From: an uncultured archaeon
GTDB lineage: Archaea; Aenigmatarchaeota; Aenigmatarchaeia; QMZP01; JAFGSV01
Assembly (NCBI GenBank): GCA_964559215.1
Contig: CAZLFZ010000003.1
Location: forward strand, 18,779-82,778
Reading direction: 5' to 3'
Length of the DNA: 64,000 nt
The stretch's first letter is position 1. Every line of letters begins with the position of its first letter. The notes under the pieces are model-generated. The model was not told the origin of the DNA and ran no database searches. It saw only the letters and a list, made by a program, of their open reading frames with translations. Made by a program: the position numbers and the translations under genes. Of this stretch, positions 53,452 to 63,700 are shown piece after piece.

Positions 53452-55586
53452 TTGACCACCAGACTTTTCCCGTCCATTTCCTCTGGTGTATCCAGACCCA
53501 ACAGAGAAAGCACGGTCGGCGCTATATCGATGAGGCTTGGATTTTCTTTTTCGATTAGAAAGTTGGTAAATATCACCCCCGGAACATAATTCCTGTCAAT
53601 CAGGTGATCACCGGTCCACACCTTCTCATTATCAGAAAAAATTTCAGGGCTTACCCCTCCAATCGCATTCTGCCAGGATATCCTGTAGCCCGGCTTAAAA
53701 CCAATGACAATATCCGGAGCATCTTTTGCATACTCCCCCCTGTAAATCTCCTCCTTCCTGTAAAGGTTCGCAATTGCCCTCATGCCCGTTTTTGGGTCGG
53801 TCAACCCCTTTAACCTTTCAATGATCTCGTTAATAAGCCGGTCCTTGTCCTGGTCTTCGACTATTCCTTTCCCTTCCCTATCTTTCAGGTTGATGTATAA
53901 GCTGGCGAATCCCAGCGAGTATGCCTTGGTTTTGCTCCAATCTACGTATTTAAACAGGTTGCCGGAGTCGTTTTCTTCGGGCTTTTTAGTTAATGTCATG
54001 TATCCATTCTTAACCAACCACGTGTTGATGCTAACAGCCCTTTCAAAGGAGCTGAATCCGTGGTCTGAGAAAACTAACAGATAAGTGTTATTGTCTATCC
54101 TGTCAAGCACTTTGCCTAGGAATGAATCTTTCTCTTTGTAATAGTCTTCTATAGCCTTTGATATTTTCAATTCACTTTTGTTCCCGGTCAGGTCCTTATT
54201 TTCCCAGCAAATGTGCTGCAGCCTGTCGCCAGCATCAAAGGCAAACGCATAAACCCCTCCGGTAAACCTGTCAAATTCGTACCAAAACATCTTTGTCCTC
54301 TCATCTTCGATATGTTTAACCTGATTCAGGAACACATCTTTACCGATTCTGCCTTCTTCCAAGGCTTTTGTGTCTTCAGGGATACCCATAGTATAGAACA
54401 GCCCTATTTCATTTGCAAGTTCTTTGCCGTATTCCCTTGGATAGGTGATGTCAACTACCGGATTCACCGGGTCTATCTGTACGGATGTTACATACATGTT
54501 AAACTCTGGCTCGATACCCAGCAGGTAGACTTTGAATATCCCGTAAACATCTGTCAGGAAATCGATTTTGAATTTAACCCTTATCCAGTCACTCCAGTTC
54601 TTGGCTCCAACTTTATACGCTGCCTCATCAATCTCTATTACTGCATAATCATCGTGCAATTTAATTTTAATCGGGACAGCGGATTCAACTATATCTTTCC
54701 CACTTTTAACGAGAGGTCCGAATATCTCGGTTTCAATCTCCCTATTATGTTCGCTTACCTTAATCACCTTCCCTACATCATCCCGATTTTTTTCATAATC
54801 CCCACTAGTGTAAAAAGAGTAGCTGTTCAAGAACCCTTTGATATCCACAACACCCAATCCGGAGAGCATTCTCCCCGTAACTTTTTCGGGTGGGAAGGTG
54901 GCGGGCCACCTTATCACAGTGGTTGGGATGCCCCCTTCACTTGTTATTCGCCAGAAGGGTATCCCCTTCATTGCGGATTTGTATGTCGTCCCAAGCAACC
55001 CTTTGCTTTGTTCGGCCAGGCTTAATTTCGGCAAATAAGTAGCAGTGTCCCTGCCAACATAATCAAATATGCCATACTTGCCTGGATTGGAACCTGTGGC
55101 AGCCGCGCTCCATGCAACGGGGGATTCAGGAGGGATGGTAGTTTCTAACCTAGAGTAATCTCCCCCTTCTTTCAGTTTTTTGAAATTCGGCAACTTGCCG
55201 TCTGCTACCATCTTTTCAACAACTTTTGGGTCCATTGCGTCAATTCCTATGACGAGCACCTTCTTTCCCGAAAAGGCCATTTCCTCCCCACCACCAAAAG
55301 TTCCTATAAAACTCTTTGTAATCCAGATATTATAGGCAGCAATTGTTATAATTATAATTATTATGATCAGAGTAAAGATAAACTTTCCCTTCTCCCCCCC
55401 TGACAATTTCCTGAGAAACCTGACAATTTTCGTTAACGCCTTTTTTAACGGTTTGAAAAAATAGGTCATTAAGAAAGCACCGACCAACGCCAAAATGCCG
55501 GCAACAAGACCCCACAAAGAACTAAACACAAGCCCCGCTGTTCCGGGGTCTATGTAAGCAAATGGGCAATGCGCTTTCGGAATCAT
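53448..55586 (-). CDS. type I phosphodiesterase/nucleotide pyrophosphatase (alkaline-phosphatase family, PF01663-like) with N-terminal membrane anchor
   Basis: ..KVLVIGIDAMDP.. ..PPESPVAWSAAATGSNPGKYG..; N-terminus MIPKAHCPFAYIDPGTAGLVF plus 2 TM helices. Start placed at the internal ATG (the track ORF reaches a TTG at 55667). Confidence 0.82.
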   Translation of the reverse strand: MIPKAHCPFAYIDPGTAGLVFSSLWGLVAGILALVGAFLMTYFFKPLKKALTKIVRFLRKLSGGEKGKFIFTLIIIIIIITIAAYNIWITKSFIGTFGGGEEMAFSGKKVLVIGIDAMDPKVVEKMVADGKLPNFKKLKEGGDYSRLETTIPPESPVAWSAAATGSNPGKYGIFDYVGRDTATYLPKLSLAEQSKGLLGTTYKSAMKGIPFWRITSEGGIPTTVIRWPATFPPEKVTGRMLSGLGVVDIKGFLNSYSFYTSGDYEKNRDDVGKVIKVSEHNREIETEIFGPLVKSGKDIVESAVPIKIKLHDDYAVIEIDEAAYKVGAKNWSDWIRVKFKIDFLTDVYGIFKVYLLGIEPEFNMYVTSVQIDPVNPVVDITYPREYGKELANEIGLFYTMGIPEDTKALEEGRIGKDVFLNQVKHIEDERTKMFWYEFDRFTGGVYAFAFDAGDRLQHICWENKDLTGNKSELKISKAIEDYYKEKDSFLGKVLDRIDNNTYLLVFSDHGFSSFERAVSINTWLVKNGYMTLTKKPEENDSGNLFKYVDWSKTKAYSLGFASLYINLKDREGKGIVEDQDKDRLINEIIERLKGLTDPKTGMRAIANLYRKEEIYRGEYAKDAPDIVIGFKPGYRISWQNAIGGVSPEIFSDNEKVWTGDHLIDRNYVPGVIFTNFLIEKENPSLIDIAPTVLSLLGLDTPEEMDGKSLVVK

Positions 55587-55678
55587 TAAGAAGTTTAAGT
55601 TTTTGTTTAATATTAATATAAAGGCAAAAGGCAATTTAGAGCTGGATATGGATAGGAAATAACACAAAATTCAAAATT

Positions 55679-56131
55679 CTACTGTCGAATTTTGTACAAT
55701 TTTCTTCGACACTTAAGTTCGGACTCTAAAACACCCTTCAATCCCATCTCCTTCAAATATTCGCTACACCTAGTCCTTGATAAATTCAGCAATTCGCTCA
55801 GTTGGGGGGCACTCAAGCTTCCATGCTGCTGAATTAACATGGTTATCATTTCTTTTACCCTCATTTTTCTGATGCTCGGGCTGGTTTTTCCTCGACTGTT
55901 AGATTGATATAAAAACATCAATTCATCCATTTTTTCTGCAACTTCCTCGAGTCTGGTGTTCATCTTGTTGATCCTGTCTTCAAGGCCTATCTCCTTGAAC
56001 TTTTTGAAAATTATGCTTTCTAGCCTCTGGTTTACGGATTTTTGCTTTTCCAGCTCCCGGATTTTTTCCAGCTCCGAAACAGAATCGAGCTTTTCCTTGT
56101 CCATTTTACGCAACTTAAGAAACTTCATCAT
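55679..56131 (-). CDS. coiled-coil plus winged-HTH putative transcriptional regulator
   Basis: C-terminal ..MITMLIQQHGSLSAPQLSELLNLSRTRCSEYLKEMGLKGVLESE..KLYKI (wHTH). Its C-terminal 100 aa are duplicated in 18528-19028. ATG at 56131 (the track ORF starts at a TTG at 56140). Confidence 0.75.
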   Translation of the reverse strand: MMKFLKLRKMDKEKLDSVSELEKIRELEKQKSVNQRLESIIFKKFKEIGLEDRINKMNTRLEEVAEKMDELMFLYQSNSRGKTSPSIRKMRVKEMITMLIQQHGSLSAPQLSELLNLSRTRCSEYLKEMGLKGVLESELKCRRKLYKIRQ

Positions 56132-56140
56132 ACTATCCAA

Positions 56141-56154
56141 TTGTCGGTCGACAA
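56141..56154. promoter_or_regulatory. palindrome TTGTCG-GT-CGACAA at the start of the wHTH gene in a divergent promoter region; a related palindrome TGTCG-AC-CGACA lies at about 51522-51533
   Basis: Perfect 6-bp arms; lies between the divergently transcribed regulators (55679-56131 - and 56213-57295 +); TATA-like aatataaaa at about 56178. Confidence 0.3.
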
Positions 56155-56212
56155 TTTAAACTTTTCCCTGTTAACAGAATATAAAAGGTTCGACAGTTAT
56201 TGACATTAATAG

Positions 56213-57295
56213 TTGTGTACATTAATGTATAAACTGTCAGACAGGTGCGCGCGTTTGACGAACAATCCAAATTCTACAGACCTCAGGAAGGCTATAATAG
56301 ATGCATTGCGCCAGCATCCCGAGGGCCTGACACTCAGGGACATAGCAGAAATCGTGGGCAGGCACAGGCACACGATAACGAAATACGTGTACGAGTTGAT
56401 TGGGGCGCGGGTTATCTACCAGAGGGACGTTGGTGCCGCCAAGCTATGCTACCTGAAGGAGAATTACAACGGCCCAGAGAAAGGGAAGGGCGTGAAAATT
56501 TTTAGCAACATGTCTAAGGGACAGGTCCAGCTGATGGCGCTTTTCATGCTGCTTTTGCTGGTGCCTGCAACGGTTATCGTTGCCCAAAATGTGACAAATT
56601 CTTCAAGTGGCCTTGAAGGGATGGCAACGGCTATGGACATAGAACTTAATGAAACGCTCGATGACGTTTTGAATGAGACGATCCTGGATGAAAATGTATC
56701 AGGGGATATACCTGAAGGGGAAGCCAATCACCAAGTCCCGGGCAACACGACCGAAGAAGAAACATCCGAAGAGGAAACAGCCCCCCAAGAGCCCGATAAC
56801 GTGACCGAAGAAAATATAACAGAACCAGGACTCAACATCACACAGCCTTCCGTCAATGTCACAATCAATGTCACAATAAACGAAACCCAAGAAAACGCAA
56901 CCACGAATATCACACAGCCCGAGGAAAACGTAACGATGCCGGAAGAAAACGTTACCATAGTCAATGAAACCAACGTAACCTACCCTGAAGAAAACATAAC
57001 AATACCCGGGCCACTCGAACCGGAACTCTTTGTGAACATCACATCGCCGGATAATATCACAAGAGGGGAATCGGCAAGGCTTGAGGCGGTCATTGAAAAC
57101 ACAGGCGGCGAAGCCGAGGATGTAATCCTAGAATGGATACTGCCCGATTTCTTCGTTGTTGTCGCCGGGTCTGAGCGTGAAGAAGTAGGGACTTTGGCTG
57201 CAAATTCGTCTTTTGCATCTGAAATAACGGTTTCCAGCACGATCAATGTGAGTTTGGGCATAAACGAAATCAAGGTGAGGGTGAGCTATGAATAA
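56213..57295 (+). CDS. membrane-tethered winged-HTH protein: cytoplasmic wHTH - single TM - sequon-dense acidic stalk - C-terminal CARDB/Ig-like ectodomain
   Basis: N-terminal ..AIIDALRQHPEGLTLRDIAEIVGRHRHTITKYVYELIGARVIYQR..; TM LMALFMLLLLVPATVIVA; about 30 NxS/T in 150 aa; ..ITRGESARLEAVIENTGGEAEDVILEWILPDFF... A likely start is an internal Met (about 56227). Confidence 0.7.
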   Translation: MCTLMYKLSDRCARLTNNPNSTDLRKAIIDALRQHPEGLTLRDIAEIVGRHRHTITKYVYELIGARVIYQRDVGAAKLCYLKENYNGPEKGKGVKIFSNMSKGQVQLMALFMLLLLVPATVIVAQNVTNSSSGLEGMATAMDIELNETLDDVLNETILDENVSGDIPEGEANHQVPGNTTEEETSEEETAPQEPDNVTEENITEPGLNITQPSVNVTINVTINETQENATTNITQPEENVTMPEENVTIVNETNVTYPEENITIPGPLEPELFVNITSPDNITRGESARLEAVIENTGGEAEDVILEWILPDFFVVVAGSEREEVGTLAANSSFASEITVSSTINVSLGINEIKVRVSYE

Positions 57296-57791
57296 AAGAG
57301 AAATGGAAAAATTAATCGGAAAGGGGGAAAATCGGAAGCTGGAGTTCAAGCCTTCATTGTCACAATCCAACGAGATTATTGAAACAATTTCCGCGTTTTC
57401 AAACACAAACGGTGGGAAGATTTTAATTGGAATCTCTGATTCCGCTAAAATAGTTGGGATAAAAATAGGGAAAGATACGATAGAAAAATTAACAAACAAA
57501 ATTCTCGGCAACAGCGAACCCAAAATTTATCCCAAAATTTCAGTTGAGAAAATCGATGATAAGACCGTGATTGTAATCGAAGTCGAAGAGAAAAAGTTAA
57601 CAGAACTTAACGCACGGCAGAAAGGGGCGATGGATTACGTAAAGGAATGTGGAAAAATCAGTAGAAGGGAATATTGCGACATAAACAAAGTTTCTGTGAG
57701 AACAGCATTTCTAGATCTGAAAGATATGGCCAAGAAAGGCTTTTTGCGTGAGACTGGGAAAGGAAGGTCAGTTGTTTATGTATTCAGGTAA
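57288..57791 (+). CDS. AlbA_2 (Schlafen-like, PF04326-type) putative DNA-binding domain protein with C-terminal HTH-like region
   Basis: GENRKLEFKPSLSQ...ETISAFSNTNGGKILIGISD is the AlbA_2 signature; the ATGAATAA overlap with the upstream gene suggests co-translation. Confidence 0.8.
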   Translation: MNKREMEKLIGKGENRKLEFKPSLSQSNEIIETISAFSNTNGGKILIGISDSAKIVGIKIGKDTIEKLTNKILGNSEPKIYPKISVEKIDDKTVIVIEVEEKKLTELNARQKGAMDYVKECGKISRREYCDINKVSVRTAFLDLKDMAKKGFLRETGKGRSVVYVFR

Positions 57792-60700
57792 ACGATTAGG
57801 TAAACGGTTGGGTAAACGATTGGCTCAGATCCGTTTCGGTTGTGCACCAAGGCTGAAAAGCCAGAGCTCTGTCTATATACTCAGTTTCATCCTGTCGTTA
57901 ATGGCTGTTGCGGTGTCGCTTGTTGTCACTTATGCAATTCCAATTTTGATACTCACGCTTTGCCTGGCTTCAGGCCTGGCTTCAGGTTTGCTTCTTTTCA
58001 AAAAGAAGGGATCAAGCGGCCAGACCGAGATTCTTGTTTCGATTATTCTGATGCTACTTGCTGCGGGGTCTGTTGTCGCATACAGTGCGTACAACTCGAC
58101 GATAAACTCGAGTTTCACAGGGAATTTCCTCGCTGTGGGTGTAAATGGTACGCAAAATGAAACCCCAACAATAAAAATAATAGAAAAGACGAAAACGATA
58201 GAAGTCTGGGCCAACACGTCCTTGGAATTGGGCTATTTCAACAATTCGGTAAATACAAGACTGCTGCTGGATAATGGCTCAGCCGTGCCAAATCAGACAA
58301 TAAATTTTTATTTGAATAATTCTCTAATCGAATCGGATTTAACGGATTCTGACGGATATGCAGAGATTGGATTAAATCTGGAAAACGGGACGCATTTTAT
58401 TAGAGCGGAATTTACTGGAAATCCTAAGGAATATCTCAATCGAGCCCAGGCAGAAATTCAAGTAACAATCGGGTTGCCAGAAGAGGAAAATGAAACATGG
58501 CCGGATGTTGATTTATCTATCCCTGAAGAAGTGACCAGGGGAGAAAATTTAAGTATTACTGCGACAGTAGCTGGATTCAATGTCACAAATATCACTTTAG
58601 ATTTGATTTTGCCTGAAGATTTTGAATTGCTTTCAGGGAGCAAAACAATAATTTGCGACGTTATCGATTCCTGCATTAACAATCTTTTGGTTTCAACAGT
58701 AAACGCAAGTCTTGGCGAGAAAGAAGTAACAGCAACAGCTTCCTCGGGTAATTTGAACATTTCAAAAACAAAAACAATCAACGTGACAGAAAACATAACG
58801 CAACCGGAAATAAAAATATTGAAAATAGAAGCCCCTGATATAGTGAACCAATCAGAAGAATTTGAAATAAAAGCCTTTATCACTTCTCTTTACGCAGATT
58901 CAACAAATGTAACAGTCCAAATAGGAACATCTCCTGAATTTGAAGTTGATGAATCTGGAAAATTAATACAAGAAATAAAGGAAAACGAATCTGTTACTTT
59001 AACCTGGGCATTGAAAGCAAATTCTTGCGGAAATTATACACTCACTGTAAATGCAGAGAACCAAGATGGAAACAAAGATTCTAAGAGTTTTGAATTAGAA
59101 GTGAAATGTCTACCGGCAGAATATGATTGGATATCTTATGACACGGAAACTGACACAATAAGAATTGTCGGTGACGAATTACACTGCACTGCTTCTAATC
59201 CTTGTACATTAACTGACATTTATAATGCAGACCAAGCAAATGGGTGGAATCAAACTGAAAAATTAAACAGCTTCTTCAAGATTAATGCAAAATTAACAAT
59301 TGGAGATGGCATAAACGAAACAAGTGTTTCATCACAAAATAAATATATCTTCTTAAATAAACCGATAGAAGTACTCGCAAAGGGTGACTTAAAATTTGGA
59401 AATCCTATTACGGGACAGGGGTGTTGGTTAGATGTAAATGTTTCAGAAAACGATCAATTAGAATATGACTCGGCTATAATAGTTCGTGACGGAGGTTCCT
59501 TATCTTTCTTTGATTCAAGTTACAGAGTTTTTCATCCAGTTGAATCAAGATGCGCACCAGGATATCCGAATTGTACTTATGAAAGAGATATTTGGATAAT
59601 TTTGAATCAAGCCTCGATGAGTAACATATATGCTGAGGAAGGTGTAAAAGTAAAACTCAATAGATTTGACATGCAAAGAAATGAATTTAATTTTCCAACT
59701 GTTTTCTTCTTACCTTCGGACGCCGAAATTAATGACACTTTGTTTACTCACGGAGGAATGTACATAGAGTTAAATGGCACGGTTGATATAAACGATGTGA
59801 TTAACGAGATTAAAAATAGTGCGGTGTTCCCGAATAAAAAAAATAAGTCAGAGGGAGGACGATTTACTCTTGCAATCACGCAAACTGAAAATGAGAATAT
59901 ATATCCCAGAGAAGAGCTGGTTAACCCATTCGATCCAATTACAAAGAACACTATAGCTTGTGGTCCACCGATTGTAGTTACTGCTGGTACTGAATCCAAT
60001 CCTGAAACAATAGAGAATATAGCTGCGGCATGCGCTTCAGTAACTAAAAGTGGAAATTATTTTGAATTTAGTGCAAACTTGGAAGTTGGTAATGCTGCTG
60101 ATACAGTAAGCTGGCTTCAGTCATTAAATGATTTTATAAGAATAAACAACAATTGGCGAGTACTGGAAAATGCACATTTAATGTTTGGTAGTTTATCTGC
60201 TAGTGGGCAACCACAGCAAGGTTCTTCAATGGAAACTGTTGTTGGGACTCAAACCTGTGACCAGGCAGCTGTTTGTGCTTATGACGATTACAATGATGCT
60301 GATTCAGGGGGTGAAATACGATTATATGATACTAACTACGATGTTGCTCATACTACCAACAGAAACAACTTAGATGTTGGTTCAACAGATTCTATGGACA
60401 ATGAACCTTATGGTGGAGTGAGTACAGCGCAACTGAGAATAAAAAGATTTACGATGGAAAGATACGAGAAACATTACAATTATATGATTCTTTACGTCCC
60501 TTCGAACACAACCATGGACGATTACTCATTTTATAGTGGAAGATATGGTATGGAGATGGCGGGTGAACCAGTACAAGAATTTACCACCGTTAACATTCAC
60601 GATGCATGTGCAGGAATAAGGATATGTTATTCCAACGGAACAGTCAGAGGTTATAAGGGTTATGACAACTATCTGGACGTAAGAATGGGATTCCACCAGT

Positions 60701-63700
60701 TGATACTAAAAGATTCTGAAATTAACGAAAGCGGTTTATATGGGTGGGCACAATGTCCAGATACTACTAATTACGGTGATGCTTGGGATACTTGTGGTAC
60801 TGGCGCTTCTGGTGGTACTCGTTATAAAAGGCTTTTGAAATTACAGAATTCGTTCAATGTTAAGGTTAAAGACCTGTCAGGTATAGGTATAGTCAACACG
60901 TCCATAAAGGCACTGGACGTGAGAGGTGACACAAGTTTTGGTAACTTGACTGACAGTGACGGGATACTAGAGGAGCAGATGCTAAGTTACAGAATGTACT
61001 GGAATGATACAGATGATAACCCTGGTGGTTCAGCTGATGGACCAGTTTTTTTGAAAAGAGCAACTTATACTCCACATACGATAACTTATAAGAAATACGG
61101 TAAGATGTTTATCGAGGGTGTTCTATCTTTTTCAGGTCCGATAGCTCTCGAACAACAGCTCTTGGATAATCCGTATACAACATTACTAAGTGAAAGTGAA
61201 GCAAATGCGCAAACAGGAATAAAATACGACCCGCCTGGCATGGTAACATATTCTGATAATGAGTATGGGACGGTAAATGCTAGCTATCAAATTAAACTTG
61301 AAAACACGCCCGTTACACAGTCAGAGTTTCTATCTCTGTTGGACGAAAGTTGGCCATTGGAAGACGGTTACACGTATCAACAATCAAAGCAGGTCCCTGC
61401 AGGGAACATAACAGAAATAGACTATGAAACAGGTGTTGTTACTTTTACACCTGGATATGAGGGGAGGAGCGTAAGGGCTGTTTACTCACATGGGGGGAGC
61501 ATCAATATCACAGGAACCAAAAACACAAGCAACATCTATGACTATATGCAGGCAAATCTTTCAGACGTTTTCAGTGCATCCACGAAAACTATCTATAATT
61601 CTTATGTTGATATAATCTTGGGTAACTCTACGAATTCCGGAGTGATAAACGAGACCGAAGACATTACTATAAACATAAAGGAAGGTTATGGATTTTCCGC
61701 AAGTTCCCAAAATGGGACAATCGTGAATGTTCTATCGGGTGACTGGAACTTCAGATGGTTCGCGGATAACGGGACGTTTAGCAGGAAGTACACGCTTGAT
61801 GTGACAGTTCAGAACCCCGATGGAGAGCCCATAGAAGAGGCAAATGTCACTTTAAAGGATGAAAATGGTAATACTGTGTTTTCTATAAACACATCATCTG
61901 ATGGAACAATATCCCAACAAGCGGTTACTTATGCTGAGTATAATTATACAGGCAATCAAACCTTTTTCCCCTTTACCCTGAGCGTCACCAAAAGTCCATA
62001 TAACCCGTACAGCGCTCCCCTCGATCTGGACAGGAAAACGTCCACGACTGTAACTATGTCATTGCCCTGCGACCCAGATTTTAGCTACGAATATGAAGTC
62101 TTAACAGGCCAAGATGAAAACACGAACAGGAGCGCGGGTGCCCCCAATCTAACCTTGTCAGTCATTGTATATTCTGGGATGAAATTTGATTCGGAGAACC
62201 TAGAGCCGAATGGATTTGAAATCAAGGCTCCTAAAGCATCATGGACGAGTCCGGACCAGGAGCCAGGGGAACAGGAAGCGAAGGTGGGGGATTGTCCTAT
62301 CTTTGATTCACTTTTTGGCAGTTCAAATTCCTATCAAACAATTCCCGAAATTGAAGACCCATATCCCAAGTCTGAATTCGGCCAGACCTCAGAAGAAAAT
62401 GAAAAATCAAGCCCATTAAATCAAATCTTAGAATCTGCTTTTAAGTATATTGAAAAAGATATAACTACTCTTTTCAATTTCAATGAAGAGCTTACTGTAG
62501 AAGAAAAGCCAGCTTATCAGAAAAATGAAATTCTAATGGAGCCATTCGTCCCTAGACAAAGATATAAGAAAAGTGTGATTGTAAACTCAGACGAACACCA
62601 TGAAAATGTCGAAACTTATAGCAATATACCAGAAGAGCTTTCACAAGAAGGGTATACGATTAGACTTTATCACGTTGGAAACGATTCTAGAGTTGACATA
62701 ACCGACGATGAGAAATATAAAGTTTCCTTTATCGATTCTGATAGTAACGGTTTGATTGATAGAGTAGATTGGGTTATACCTCATCTGTCCGAAGAAAAAT
62801 TCGAGGTGGAAGCATATATCACAATTATCAATGTACAATCCTATCCAGCTCTTTATGGAAATTGGACTGTCAGGTTTAACACCACCGGCACGGCCAATTT
62901 GACGATTACGGCCATTGATGGAACTGCGTTTGGAAGGGACATAGAATTTTTAGAGTTAAGATGCGGAGACAATATTTTAACAACCGGGCTTACTGATGGG
63001 GTTATTTTTGTCGAAAACTATAGTTGCGATGAAACTGGATACGAAATCAGCAAAGTTCTTATAGCAGGCAAGCACACCTTAGAGTTCAGGTTCGGGGATG
63101 ATGTTGAGTATGCGTATAACAGCCCAGATGAACAGGCCACATATAATTCAACTCTGGGTGCACCTGAATGTACGACTGGAGAATCAGCTTGTACTGCTGG
63201 TTCATTAGTAATATGTATGGATAATACTCTTACTACTCCAGAACCAAACCAGCCAAATACAATAGATACTTGTACAGATTCTGCTGAAACAACTGAGAAT
63301 TGTGGAGAAACTCAAGAAGTAGATAACATTACAATAACAAAAACTGGTGGAGGTAATTTCAATCCTGGAGATGAAGTTACCATAAGTGCCATGGTTCACT
63401 GTGATGTTGCTTCAGATTGGGTGAATTTTTTCTACACAAATGATACCGGAACCATAAATTGGCAAGAATTATCTGTTGATCAAGGTGAAGATGGTTGTCC
63501 AGGTGCAGGTGATATGGAATTTACCAGAACTTTCAATCTTAACGATACAATAGGCAAACATGCCGTTAGGGCAGTTATTGTCTATAATGCACAAATAACT
63601 ATACCATGTCCCACTGAGTCTGACAGGGACGTAGATGACCTTGCCTTTCAAGTTATAGCTGCAGGAGCCCCGACCCTTGATAACATAACCATGAATGCTC

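Noticed and set aside
54213-55025. Plus-strand 270-aa ORF inside the phosphodiesterase gene
   Set aside because: Antisense to a CDS with clear alkaline-phosphatase-family motifs; no features of its own.
55667-55679. Track start (TTG 55667) of the phosphodiesterase ORF, only 11 nt from the upstream stop
   Set aside because: The first 27 codons lack features and begin with TTG. The internal ATG at 55586 (MIPKAHCPFAYIDPGTAG..) gives a conventional membrane-anchor N-terminus.
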